A stretch of DNA of 63,642 nucleotides, filler included, from Basidiobolus ranarum (GCA_040143965.1; 43 parts of 43 records of this genome joined end to end with filler, not necessarily neighbours in it), one strand, 5' to 3'; counted from the whole stretch's first letter, positions 11,901 through 25,162 are shown. Numbers and translations are program-made. Notes: generated by a model not told the origin, from the letters alone.

Positions 11901-13286
11901 GATTTGTCTCCATTGGGGTAGATACTGGATTACATTCTTCCATTTTAAACTTCTTTAGTATATCTAGGATATACTTAGACTGGTTTAAAGTTATTGTTTT
12001 GGTAGTTCTATATATCTTAATTTGGATTCCAAGGTAGTATGTCAGTTCACCAAGATCAGTCATTTTGAATTCAGCAGATAAGCTGGATTTGGTTTTCTCC
12101 AAAGTCTTCAAGTCATTGGTTGCTATAATAAGGTCATCTACATATAAAGCTAATGAAGCTGGGTTTGTCTTATCTGGTCTGAAGTAGATATTATAGTCCG
12201 CATTACTTTTTTGTAATTTGAGGGTTTCCAAATAGCATCTATCTTGCTATTCCAAGCTCTTGGAGATTGTTTTAAGCCATAGAGTGTTTTCCAGGGTCTG
12301 CTAACTTTTTTAGGATTTCCTGGGTCCACAAATCTGTTGGGCTGGTCCATATAAATCTCCTCAGCAAGCTCATCATCCAAAAAAGTAGTTTTGACATACA
12401 TTTGATGTATAAAGAACTGATATTTAGCTGAAATAGCTAAAATAAATCTAACTGAATTAAACTTTGCTACAGGAGCAAAAGTTTCTGCATAATCTATTCC
12501 TGGTATTTGGGAACATCCTTTGGCTAATATTCTAGCCTTGTATCTTTCTATATGGCCATCAGAGTTGTTTTTAACTTCAAACACCCATTGGCAACCATTT
12601 GATTTTCTATCATCAGGTAAGTTGGTTGAAATCCTGGTTTGATTATCAATCAAAGCCTGGCACTCATCAGCCATTGCAGATCTCCAAAATTTTGTGTGAG
12701 GTCCATTCAGGGCCTCTTCTACAGTCTGGGGCTCATGTATTTGAGCTGTGCAGGCATAGGACCAATTTTGAGACTCATTGATATAGTAATCAGAGTTATT
12801 TCTGTTCCAATTTGATCACCTGGTTTGGGATAAAGGTACTACAACTTCTGGCAATGTATTGGGCACTTGAGTAGGCAAAATTTTGGTTGAAGGGTCAACA
12901 GGAATGCTATTTCCTTCATTGTTTTGGCTTAAATCAATTTAAATGATTGGATCTAGAGAAAATTGATTTTTGTCTTCATATGAGGTCATTTTGGGTGAAA
13001 ATGTTTCATTTTCATTGAACAAAACATCCCTGGACTTGATGAACTTGGAGATTTTGGTATCGTAGAGTCTGTAGGCCTTAGTTTGAGTACAATAGCCAAG
13101 AAATATGCATTTCTTACTTTTTGGATTGAATTTAGACCAATTTTTGGTCATAATTTTGACATAAGCAATGCATCCAAAGATTGTCAAATGTTTTACATCA
13201 GGTGTAACTCCGAACTAAGCTTGATATAGTGTAGAGTTAGACAGACTTCTAGTAAAACTCCTAATCTTCAGATACACAGCTGTAGC
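11901..13286 (-). mobile_element. Ty1/Copia pol fragment (same family as 2979-4366)
   Basis: [50 protein letters not shown]. Confidence 0.95.
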
Positions 13287-13386
13287 NNNNNNNNNNNNNN
13301 NNNNNNNNNNNNNNNNNNNNNNNNNNNNNNTTAATTAATTAANNNNNNNNNNNNNNNNNNNNNNNNNNNNNNNNNNNNNNNNNNNN

Positions 13387-14244
13387 TACACATATTCTGG
13401 ATCAAACTTTGATTTGATGGGATATTCAGTTGCAAATTGGGGAAGAGATATTGAAGACAGGAGATCTACCACAGTATACTTATTTCTTTGTGGTATTAGA
13501 GCTATTTCATGGAATTCAAAGAAATAACCTACCATAGCACTTTCAACAGAAGAAGCTGAATATATGGCTGCCTGTGAAGCAACAAAAGAAGTAATATGGT
13601 TAAGAAAACTCCCAACAGATTTGGTTGTTTGCAAAATTCCCCAACTACAATATTTCAAGATAATCAAAGTTGTATCAAATTAGCTAAAAAACCCACATTT
13701 CATAATAGAAGCAAACATATAGATATTAAGCATCACTTCATTAGAGAGACTATAGAGAATAAGTCTATTGACTTAACTTGTTGTTCTATGGAAGACATGA
13801 TTGCTGATATTTTAACCAAATCATTAGCTTAACAGAAACTTGAGAAATTTAGATCATTATTAGGATTAGTTTATATGACTATTTAGTTGAGGGAGAGTGC
13901 TGTAATTAGCTTTGCCTAACCACCTTTATAGTCCTATATAGCTTGGTACTTAATTATCTTATAATTCACTAAGATATTATTCATTATTCTCAATTGGAAT
14001 TTACTTAGAATATCTTTACCAAGTTAGAAGTTCTCAGATATATAGATTTTTCAAACTTGGGCTAGAAGCCCTAAACTTTGCACACATGTTCCTGGGACCA
14101 TCCTTAACACTTGATACACATTAGTTTGTTTACATCTTGACAAAACCATAAAGTCAACTTTCTACTCAATAAATCAACTAGTGAAGACCACCAATTCCTC
14201 TAGTTCTCCAAAATACCTCCAACAGGCTCCCAATTACTTTAACA
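13387..14244 (+). mobile_element. Copia RNase H, PPT and 3' LTR type 2 (13898-14244)
   Basis: ALSTEEAEY, FQDNQSCI, RSKHIDIKHHFIRE, MIADILTK. PPT GAGGGAGAG precedes the LTR, which ends TTTAACA. Confidence 0.9.
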
Positions 14245-14638
14245 AAAACTAATCAAAAAACCAGCAAAAATGATGAAAATTTGCTCAATATGGTTCAAAA
14301 TATATCATTTGAAAGTCTTGAGTTCCCTTATCAATCTATGGTAGGTAGTTCAATCTATGATATGACTGGAACCTGGCCAGACATCTCTTTTGCAGTGGGA
14401 GTAGTTAGCCAACATGTGCATAACCCAGAATCTGAGCCTTATGCAGCAGTTAAGCAAATTTTCAGATATTTGAAGGGGACAATAGATCTGGGATTAAGAT
14501 ACACATATTCTTATGAGAATTAGAATCTAATTAGGTTTAGTGATGCAGATTGGAGATGTGATATTGAGGACAAAAGATCTATGGCTGGATATACCTCTCT
14601 CTATAGTGAAGCAGCCATATCTTGGAATAGCAAGAAAC
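14245..14638 (+). mobile_element. Copia RT/RNase H fragment
   Basis: YQSMVGSSIY..TGTWPDISFAVGVVSQ; homologous to 57010-57390. Confidence 0.85.
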
Positions 14639-14664
14639 TATTGGGATTACTTAGGGAGAAATAT

Positions 14665-14737
14665 TGGTCTGGCCAGGATTTGTACCTGGGACTTCCTTCA
14701 CTCTAGCAAGGTGCTCTAACCACTGAGCTACCAGTCA
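14665..14737 (-). ncRNA. tRNA-like sequence inside an LTR-like repeat (copy 1)
   Basis: 73-nt cloverleaf-like sequence with A-box TAGCTCAGTGG. It lies 26 nt inside the TATTG terminus at 14639. Confidence 0.7.
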
Positions 14738-14871
14738 TTGTATGCTATGCCTATATTGCTAGGGAACCTTANNNNNNNNNNNNNNNNNNNNNNNNNNNNN
14801 NNNNNNNNNNNNNNNTTAATTAATTAANNNNNNNNNNNNNNNNNNNNNNNNNNNNNNNNNNNNNNNNNNNN

Positions 14872-16256
14872 TCTGGGAGTTCCCAATGGAGTGCACCTGT
14901 AGTGAAATGATGCTCCATGTGATATTGTCAGTATTACCATATGCTAATCTGATTAACAATGTATCAGCAACATCAGTGATGGATGTAATGCAATGGGTTA
15001 AGGAGACTCCAGAGTATATCAACCTGCCAACAGAGGGCTCTTTTTCATGTGCTCATGGGTTTTTGCATTGTTTGAGCACAACAACAGCAACAAAGCTCAA
15101 TTCATGGACACACAGTTAGTACCTCTAAAATTGGAATAATTTGCTTGTGTAATAATATGATGGTATTGTTAGGAAAGCTGCAAGAAAGACTTCTTGGTGA
15201 CATAGGTCAAGATACACAGTATTATTGTTTTAGCCATGGGGTAATCTATTCAAGCAATGACACAACAACTTGTGACAGGACATTTGTTGACTGCAAGTTG
15301 GGAATATATTGGTTGAATTCTTTAAGCAAATTTGCCAAAATCCAAAAGCTTATTCTCATAGTGAATTGTAACAATAGTCCGCTATTTGCCAAGTGTCAGT
15401 GCTAATCAATATTTCAGATGTTAAGCAATTTTCCACTGTTAGTTTACATATAAAGCATATTGATGTTGTTGAATTATGTCTAATCAGTCAAGTATGTGTA
15501 TATGTAGAGATTAAACACAACAATATTCTTGTATTTTTGATTGTCATTATGGCTGGAATACAAACCCTAAAATAACTAAAGAAAGGCATGCATATGAAAT
15601 TCAAATTCCTACAGCAGTAAACCCAGTAATTTGCCACTTGCAAATTAAATTTTGCAAAAATTGCTGGAAATTAAAAATGCATGCCAAGTAGTGCATCGGT
15701 ATTTAAACATGTTGAATACCTTTGTGATACCATCATGAAACAACCATCACACCATTAAAATCCCTGGAAGAATGCAAGCCACCAATATTGTGATGGTTCC
15801 TGGCCAGTTTTGCAATTTAGAAGGATGGATCCCATCCTGATCAAATCAATTTTGTTTTTGTTACAAGTCAAGAATTCATAATATTTTACCAGGACTCCCA
15901 TCAACATCAACTCATCTAAGTGCTTATTCAAATGAAAAGACTGAAATTACTGTATTTGTTTATATTCCAGTTGAATCTTGATGACATTTTGGACAAATTT
16001 CTATTAGGGCATGGCTAAAGCAATAATACAGCATAACTTGATCTATCTCACTAAAAGTTCTGTCTTGCAGCTTTCCTAGATATACAGGCTGGTTGTCACA
16101 CAAATAAGTTAGTCCAAGTTATAGAGGTATTTACTCTGAGTCCATGAATTGGGCTTTGTTCTGTATTTGTGCTCCAACAATCCAAAAACCCATGAGCACA
16201 TTGAAGAGTGATCTTGGTCATAAGGGTGAGATACTCTTGAGTCTTCTAAACCCATT
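14872..16256 (+). mobile_element. CACTA/CMC transposase C-terminus plus rearranged pieces
   Basis: W.FPMECTCSEMM..LSVLPYANLINN; KLQERLLGDI. Confidence 0.8.
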
Positions 16257-16799
16257 NNNNNNNNNNNNNNNNNNNNNNNNNNNNNNNNNNNNNNNNNNNN
16301 TTAATTAATTAANNNNNNNNNNNNNNNNNNNNNNNNNNNNNNNNNNNNNNNNNNNNCCATTCAGAAAGGCTGTTTTTACAACTATTTGCTGTATATCAAG
16401 GTTATGGATGGCTAACAGTGCCATGATTCCTCTAATAATGCTAAACTTTGTTAGTGGAGCAAAAACTTCATGAAATCAACTCCAGGAGTATGGGAATCAC
16501 CTTTTGCAACTAATCTTAATTTGTCTCTTTCTATACTTCCATGAGCTTGATTTTTACTTTGTGGACCCATATGCAACCTATTGCACTATCCCTGATGGTA
16601 GAGGACTTAAAACCCATGTTTTATTGTCCTGAAGTGAAGAAAACTCATCAGACATTGCTTTTTCCCATAATTTTGAATCTGGACACTCCAGAGCTTGATC
16701 TAGAGTCATTGTTTGTCACAGATTGCTGCATAAGTATATACATCATCATTGGAAGTGTTCCACCAGTTTCCTGGCTTATTTCTCCTTCTGGATGATCTT

Positions 16800-17741
16800 G
16801 TGGGTAGCCACATGTGTTTCAGAGCCTAGTAATGGCTCTAGAATCAAGAATGGAAAACTTGACCTTAAATTATGTATTTGGCAGACTTCTGGATGAAGAT
16901 TTATGCAAATCAGGATCCAACCAAAAGAATGATGAAAATGCTTTAATAGGCTGTGAGAAACCTTCCTACAATGGTCAAAAGCACTTTAAGAAGAAAAGTA
17001 ACACATTCTGTGATTACTATAAAAGAACTGGCCATTTAAGCAAAGATTGCTTCAAAAGAATTGCTAAAGAAGAAAAACATACTGAATCTGGAAATGTGGT
17101 TATAACAAAAGATCACTTGTTCATATCGGCTCTATCTATGACTACCAACAAGGATTCACAGACTTAGTATATTGTTTCTAGAGCTTCCCAACATCTCACA
17201 AATGAAAAACATTGGTTTGTGGATTATGAAGAAATCCCAATTAGAAAGATTTTCATGAAAGATGACTACACATTGGATGCTATTGGAATGGGAACAATTC
17301 AAGTCAATATAACTGGAGCTTCTGAAGAAAACATATATACTTTCAAGGATGTACTATATGTTCCAGATATTGCCAAGAATTTAATATCTGAATATAAGGC
17401 CATCTCAGAAGGGCTAAAATTCAATTTTGATAAGTCAGGATGCACCATCACTGATCAAAATGGGAATTATTTTGCTTCAGGAGAATAGGATCAGAACTTA
17501 TACAAACTTATATATATTCCAAGAGGTTTATGTGTAAATATAAGTTATTCTAATCAAGAAACTATTCAATTATGGCATAAGAGATTTGGCCATATTGGAT
17601 TTGATTATTTGAACAAAATGATCAAAAATTGCCTAATTTCTGGAATTCAAATTAACCCCCCAACCAAAATGGAAATTTGTGAGGGTTGTATATATGGAAA
17701 ACAAGCCAGGCAACCATTCAAGAGCTCTGGTTTAATCAAAT
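16800..17741 (+). mobile_element. Copia gag zinc knuckle, protease and GAG-pre-integrase region
   Basis: FCDYYKRTGHLSKDC, FKDVLYVPDIAKNLIS, LWHKRFGH, ICEGCIYGKQARQPF. Confidence 0.9.
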
Positions 17742-17841
17742 NNNNNNNNNNNNNNNNNNNNNNNNNNNNNNNNNNNNNNNNNNNNTTAATTAATTAANNN
17801 NNNNNNNNNNNNNNNNNNNNNNNNNNNNNNNNNNNNNNNNN

Positions 17842-19226
17842 TATTCCTTATCTGCTCGCTTGAAGTGTCCAACTTGACGTGCTTGAATCTCCTTCTTGGC
17901 ATTCTTCAAGTGTCCAACAATATTCGACACAAGTCGCTCTTGTTGCTCTTTGTTCATCAAACGGTACAAGTCTCCTGCTTGCACAAAGTCTTCATCAGTG
18001 AGTTCATATGTATGACGACCAACCGCCCCACTGACTTCTTGCACTGAGTATGTACTGCCTTGGATGTTAGTCTGCTTTGGTCCAGCATGACTGTTGGGTT
18101 CATAGTTAGGCTGGGATCCATAGTTCCCATTCACCGTCATAGGTCCATCTCGCTGTTGGTTGGCTACTCTACTGTTGTAAGGCTGGTTGATTGGGATTTG
18201 TGTGTAGTTCGCTCCAAGACGATGGCGTTGAGTATCAGGGTAGGAGAAGAGACGTCCTTGCAACATACGATCATATGAGAGATCAATCCCTGGGACTGTA
18301 TGGGATGGAGAGAATGCTGCCTGTTCTGTCTCAGCAAAGTAGTTCTCTGGGTTACGGTTCAACACTAGTTTACCAACCGGCTGGAGTGGGTAATCCTTGT
18401 GAGGCCAGACTTTGGTCACATCAAAGATGTTCCAGCGGTATTGTTCCGCATCCTTGGGTTCCATCACTTGCACATACACACTCCACGATGGGAAGTCTCC
18501 CTTGGCAATGGAGTTGTACAAGTCACGAGTGGCGTAGTCAGGATCTTGACTGGCAAGTTTACCCGCCTCCTCTGCTGTGAAGGTTTTGTTTCCTTGGTCA
18601 GTCTTGAAATGCCATTTGACATATTTGAAGTTTCCTTGCTCATCAACCAACTTCAAAGTGTGTGAGCTGTATCCATTCATGTAACGATAGCCATTGGGTG
18701 TTCCTCGATCAGAGAACAAAATAGTCACTTGATGAATGGTCTCAGGAACAAGTGAGATAAAGTCCCAGAACATATCAGCATCTGGACAGTTCGTGGCAGG
18801 GTTTCTCTTCTGGGTATGAATGAAATCAGGGAACTTACTAGGGTCGCGAATAAAGAACACTGGTGTGTTGTTGCCCACCATATCCCAGTTGCCTTCTTCT
18901 GTGTAGAACTTCACAGCAAACCCACGTGGGTCTCTGGCGGTATCGGCTGACCCTTTCTCCCCTCCAACTGTGGAGAAGCGAAGGAAGGTAGGAGTACGTT
19001 TGCCAACACGGTTCAAGAATTTGGCTTTGGTGAGAGAGGTCACATCGTGTGTGACTTCAAAGTAACCGTGAGCACCTGCTCCCTTGGCGTGGACCACTCT
19101 CTCAGGAATTCGTTCACGGTCAAAATGAGAAAGTTTATCTAGTAAATGAAAGTCTTGGAGTAAGATAGGTCCATTGGGTCCAGCGGTGATAGAAGTTTGA
19201 TTATTTTCAACGGGGTTACCGTTAGT
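17842..19226 (-). CDS. Monofunctional small-subunit heme catalase (partial at both ends)
   Basis: Open frame across the whole contig: [67 protein letters not shown]. Confidence 0.97.
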
Positions 19227-19326
19227 NNNNNNNNNNNNNNNNNNNNNNNNNNNNNNNNNNNNNNNNNNNNTTAATTAATTAANNNNNNNNNNNNNNNNNN
19301 NNNNNNNNNNNNNNNNNNNNNNNNNN

Positions 19327-20710
19327 ACTATTTGGTGAATTGATATCAGTGATCATGTTGAAATCTGACCAGGCTCTTAATGGTAAAATCATGAAGTTTA
19401 GTGTTGTATTTGGATAGTAGTAATGTGTATGCCTGTTTGAGTAAACTCCATTGATTTGACAAAATCTACAGCAAGATAATGCATTGTGCCTGCAAAAACC
19501 TCCAAGTTTACTGATGGCAGGAGTGTCACCAATGCATACAATGATATTAGCTTTAATAAAATATTCACCCGTCTGAACCCCATTAGATAACCATTCAAAT
19601 TCCGCAATCAAAAGCTCCAAGAAGCTATCTATAAGCACTGGTGATTTAGGTCCAGATATGATTGATAGTATCAAAATATTATGACTGTTATACCGTTTAG
19701 AAGGAGGAAGATTTAAGTTGATTAAAATTATTGGCCAGCAAGCCTTTCCAACAGTATACTTGTTTAGTGAGAAACCAACCAGAGCTAATGCAAATGCATG
19801 ATTGTACATGTTCTCAAAGAAACCTTGACTTTTCAGATTCTGGTAGTGATATCCATCAAGTATATTGGTAATACCATCAGCTCTATGGTGAGTACTTTGC
19901 TATTGGATCAATGATCTATATTTGGGTGATTTCATCAAAACTTTAAGATGGGGAATCAATAGTATGGAAGCCAAATATGAGTGATAGTTACCTGGTTCAG
20001 TGATTGCCAATTGTGTGCAAACAGTACATGACTTCAGGTTTTTCAGATCACTGGTGAAAGCTAAACAACCATTTGGATATGAAGGTAGTTTAATTACTGA
20101 ACAATTATCAGTCATATGGTTGACAAGTGTTTTTGTCTTGTACCAGGCCTGTTGCAAGCAACAGTTGACAATCAACTGTGGTAAAAGTGTAAGAAAACCA
20201 ATAAACACCTGGTTGCTAAGATTGGATAGAACTCTCCACTCCTCATTATTCAAAGCAGCTTCCTTTACTGTAAGTGTTATGATTGGACTTATGTTTGCTG
20301 ATGACAAAGAGTCCATAACAAAACCGTTGTCTTCTTCTTCAACTTCTGATATACCACCATTGGGACTGGAATAACCAAGGTCAACATCTATGAAGGATTA
20401 TAAGTCATATGATTGACAAGTGTTTTCCACTTGTACCAGGTCTGTGGCAAGCAACAGTTGCTAATCAACTGTGGTAAAAGTGTGAGAAAACCAATAAACA
20501 TCTGGTTGCTAAGATTGGATTGAACTCTCCACTCCTCATTAATCAAAGCTGCTTTCTTTACTATAAGTGTTATGAGTGGACTAATGCTTGCCAATAACAA
20601 AAAGTCCATAACAAAACCATTGTCTTCTTCTTCAATTTCTGATTTACTAACATCAGTACTGGAATAGCCAAGGTTAACATCGGGGAGAATGTTGTCAAAG
20701 TAGTTTTGAC
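19327..20710 (-). mobile_element. CACTA/CMC transposase (Transposase_21-type) N-terminal and central region
   Basis: WPIILINLNLPPSKRY, ISGPKSP, DSFLELLIAEF, GDTPAISKLGGF..HNA..CCRFC. About 310-bp internal tandem duplication. Confidence 0.88.
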
Positions 20711-20810
20711 NNNNNNNNNNNNNNNNNNNNNNNNNNNNNNNNNNNNNNNNNNNNTTAATTAATTAANNNNNNNNNNNNNNNNNNNNNNNNNNNNNNNNNN
20801 NNNNNNNNNN

Positions 20811-22194
20811 AGTTTGAAATTTCCAATATGTAATTGCTAATTCTCACATAATTCACATATATATAAAATATATGTTCCAATTTGCAGCTAAGTGATATTT
20901 GACTAAATAATGTTGACTAACTAATATGTGATATATGAAATAATTAGGTGTATAAAGATATGGATAACATATATGATAAAGACAATAAACTTCAACATCT
21001 ATTATGTGACTTATCACTTGACTAACTACTTATTATCTTAACCCTTCTACCGGATCATATGACCAATCACATGATCATTACCCAATTAGTATCAACCTCT
21101 GATTCACCCACCTAGACACAAGTCAATATCAGTCACAAGATTGATAATGAATGATCTTTCATTGCCAAGACTTCAGCTGATGCATGACTCACTTATCTAT
21201 CTATCTATCTATCCAATCACATTTTCCTTTATCAGAATTAGTCATCCAATATCTTGGTGCTGACTAATTCATTTTGCAATCAAAAAGTATAAATAAAGCT
21301 AATTGAATCTTTTGTTTTAGTATGTGTTTCAACATATATAGGATCTCAACACTTCTCAGTGTTTCTGAACAAATTTAATATTCCTCTCTCATTTCTATCC
21401 AAGCCTAGTATCCACTAGCACCTACAGAACACCAAGCCTAGCTGCCTAGCAAACCTAATCTCTACCATAACATAGCAATCTTCTGCTATTCCCAAGACAT
21501 ATAATAGTTAGATCTGCTTGGCTAATACATCCTGCTTAAACAGTTCTAAGATTCTGGACTTAACTGTTTCTTTGGTTCAGTAAAGTTCAAGACTTTTTAT
21601 CCACTTTTTTCTTGGACACAACACAATAACTGAAGCAGAGTATATTGCAGCATCATATACAGCAAAGGAGGCTAAGCGGTTAAGGAAAATGTTCAAAGAC
21701 TTGGGTATTTTTCAAAGTTTACCCACTATAATTTTCAAGGATAATCAAAGTTGTATTTCTTTAGCTAAAAATCCCAAATTTCATGCTAGAAGTAAGCACA
21801 TTGACATTAATTATCACTTTGTTAAGGAAGTTATTGAGAATAAGCACATCCAATTACAATACTGTCCATCTGGGGTCATGATTGCTGACATCCTTGCCAA
21901 ACCATTGCCTAAGCCAAAAGTTGAAGTACCAAGATTTAAGTTAGGATTAAGATATATGAATATTTAGTTGAGTGGGAGTGTTGAAGTTTATTGTCTTTAT
22001 AATATTTGCTATCTTTATCTTTATACATCTAACTGTTGAAATTAGCATTGCCTAAACACCTATATAGTCATATAGAGCTTAGCACTTAGTTATCTTATAA
22101 CTCACTAAGATATTATCAATTATTCTCAATCGGAATTTACTTAGAATATTTTTACCAACTTAGAAGTTCTCAGATATATAGATTTTTCAAACTT
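20811..22194. mobile_element. Nested LTR cluster: LTR1 (20811-20997, -), LTR3 (about 20998-21623), Copia RNase H and PPT, LTR1 start (21979), LTR2 (22034 onward)
   Basis: Cross-matches to the other LTR copies. RNase H motifs FKDNQSCI and RSKHIDINYHFV. PPT AGTTGAGTGGGAG. Confidence 0.85.
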
Positions 22195-22294
22195 NNNNNN
22201 NNNNNNNNNNNNNNNNNNNNNNNNNNNNNNNNNNNNNNTTAATTAATTAANNNNNNNNNNNNNNNNNNNNNNNNNNNNNNNNNNNNNNNNNNNN

Positions 22295-22570
22295 CCTTCT
22301 AAGGGTCATCTTAAATCTCAACTGGAGGATGCTCACATTAGTAAACAGGATACACGGTTTGTGTTAGGCAATGCACTGGGCTTTGATTCACCTCGGTATG
22401 GATATTTTTCTGATTCCCAGTATTTATCTTCCAAGGACAGTAGATCAATTTTGCTGCGAGTAAACCTTCTTATTCTACTAAAGGAACTGGATCCCGATAG
22501 GCATACCAGAAATGATATATCCATCAGCTATAAGCTCTCATGCGCCAACTCAATTAATGAATTAAAATGA
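22295..22570 (+). CDS. Possible 3' end of an unknown host gene
   Basis: Frame open from the contig start to the stop. CpG retained. No recognisable motif. Confidence 0.25.
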   Translation, partial: PSKGHLKSQLEDAHISKQDTRFVLGNALGFDSPRYGYFSDSQYLSSKDSRSILLRVNLLILLKELDPDRHTRNDISISYKLSCANSINELK

Positions 22571-23098
22571 GATAGTCCTAACTTCTACATTGCAACTTTG
22601 ATTTCATTGCTATATGATCCTAACCAACTGGCTTGATTGATTAATAACTCTTGCCACTAAAGTGTGGATTGTGTATTGAATCTTTAATATCTTTAGTATA
22701 TGAAATCATTCCCAGTCCATATGTTAGAACATGTTTGTGAGTTGGAATCTGTATTATCGTTATCCAAACATACCTAGTATTTATAAACTGAGCCGTCAAC
22801 ATATTTGCCTCTTCCATTGCCTTCATAATAGCTCAGAATGTTGGAGCAATGTATTGACCACCCGACATGACAACCTGAGTGGAGCAGCATATATAAACTG
22901 AGCAAGAGCGGCACAGTTAATCAGAAAATGTAAACAGTTTATGTATGAAATTTATTCAAAAATATTGAGGAATGGAGAAAAGTATGGCAGGCGATATACG
23001 GTGGCTAGGCTTATGAATTTCCATAGGATGATCAATTTGATACTATAAAATATACACCTATTAGACATTTATAGAATTTCTGATGATTGCGAACCTAG

Positions 23099-23678
23099 TT
23101 AATATCGGGATTTAAGGAATGTAAAGGATTCTTGTTCTAATCTCTTAGCCAGAGTACGTCCAATATCAGCAATGGGTGCAGGCTTATCCATATCACTATG
23201 TTTGCAATGGATGTGTCGAGTATCTATGACTCCAACAATGTAAGGCTTTAGCATGTCAGGGGTAATGAGGAGTTGGTCTTCTTCTTCCGGTACTGTTGCT
23301 CTAAAGAAGAGTACATTACCATAATAAATCCTCGGAGAATGCTTCTTTGCCACTTTGAAGTTGTTTTCAACTACACCACGGACTTTTTTCCATAATTGTT
23401 CACCTGAGTCTGAATAATCCTTAACACCGTAGCGTGGAAGTTTTACGTACGTACTCAATTGATCCATGTCCAATTGATTACGTTGGTGGGAATAGCTTAA
23501 AGTACTATCGATTAGAGCTAAAAGTGCTACTTTTTCGTTTCGTTGTTGAAGTAATATTGCTATACTGTGAGCAACACTGCCACCGAATGACCATCCTAGC
23601 AGGTAGTAGGGACCTTTTGGTTGGATACTACGAATCTGATCGAGGTAGTCTGATGCCATGTCTTCAATAGTTTCCGCA
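23099..23678 (-). CDS. C-terminal thioesterase domain of an NRPS (partial)
   Basis: TIEDMASDYLDQIRSIQPKGPYYLLGWSFGGSVA (GxSxG nucleophile motif), YYGNVLFFRAT, IHCKHSDM catalytic His. Confidence 0.9.
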
Positions 23679-23778
23679 NNNNNNNNNNNNNNNNNNNNNN
23701 NNNNNNNNNNNNNNNNNNNNNNTTAATTAATTAANNNNNNNNNNNNNNNNNNNNNNNNNNNNNNNNNNNNNNNNNNNN

Positions 23779-25162
23779 CAAAATGTATAAATGCTTAATT
23801 TCTGGTCAATAAATAATTATCTCACAAAGCTATTCACAACTCCACTTTTCTAAAGTTCCTCCAAACAGCCCATATTTTCCCAATATGAACAAGACTGTAG
23901 GTTGTGGTATATTGATTCTGGAGCCTCTGAACAATTCTCTAATTAAAAAAAATAGTTTAAGACACTCAAAACTGACATAAACAAGAAGGTTTATATGGGA
24001 GATGACTGGCCACTAGGAGCTCTGGGAGTGGGAAAAAGTAAAGTGGATCTTGGAGACATCACTGGGGATATGTATTTGACACTGAAAAATGTGCTATATG
24101 TGCCTGGGAGAGCAACAAATTTGACATCAGTGAGTAAAGCTACATCTGAGGGCTATAGCTTTAATTTCAATCAAAATGGCTTCACAATCAGGGATCAAAA
24201 AGGTATTACATAGCTTCTGGAGCTAAGCAAAATAACTTGTATAAACTTCATTATAAGGCCTATATATGAACAAGCTAATACTGCCTTAACTGAAGAGATA
24301 AACTGGAAAATCTGGCATAGGAGATTGGGTCATCTGGGAGCTGAAAATATCAGATATTTATCAAAGACAAGATGGTTTTGGGACTAAATTTTGTAAATCC
24401 ACCAGATCTGGAGCTATGTGAAGGTTGCCTATATGGCAGGCACCTCAGACAGCCATTTGTGGGCTCTGGAATGAGCAAAATTGATCAAAAGTTGGGCCTG
24501 GTACACTCAGATCTGTGTGGCCCAATGTAGACAAAACCTTAGGTAGAAAAAGGTATTTTATGATCTTTGTTGATGATAAGACAAAATATACTTGGGTGTA
24601 ATTTGTGGCCAGTAAGGATGAAGCCTTTGATACCTTCAAAAATTCAAAGCAATGGTGGAGACTGAAACAGGTAGAAAGATTAAGATTATCCGTATTGATA
24701 ATGGAGGGGAATTTACCTCCAAACTCTCCTCTAACTTCTGCTCAACACATGGGATAAAACAGCAGACTACAGTGCAATATTAGTTGAAGTTTATTGTCTT
24801 TATCATATTTGTTATCTATATCTTTATACACCTAACTATTTCATATATCACATATAAGTTAGTTAACATTATTTAGTCAAATATCACTTAGCTGAAAATC
24901 GGAACATATATTATATATATATGTGAATTATGTGATAATTAGCAATTACATATTGGAAATTTCAAACTCATCCAAATTGCCCCAAAGATAGCTCATTTTA
25001 CTCCCACAGATGTTTGGAACACAACCCCAGTGTTAGTTTTCTGTATTTCCGCCAAAATGTATAAATGCTTAATTTCTGGTCAATAAATAATTATCTCACA
25101 AAGCTATTCACAACTCCACTTTTCTAAAGTTCCTCCAAACAGCCCATATTTTCCCAATAGGT
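23779..25162 (+). mobile_element. LTR1 3' end, Copia protease/integrase fragment and full LTR1 (about 24782-25159)
   Basis: WYIDSGAS, LKNVLYVPG, WHRRLGHLG, HSDLCGP, DNGGEF. The LTR ends CCCAATA followed by GGT. Confidence 0.9.

Noticed and set aside
17865-18665. Antisense ORFs over catalase and over TE pol genes
   Set aside because: They are shadow ORFs of the real coding strand.
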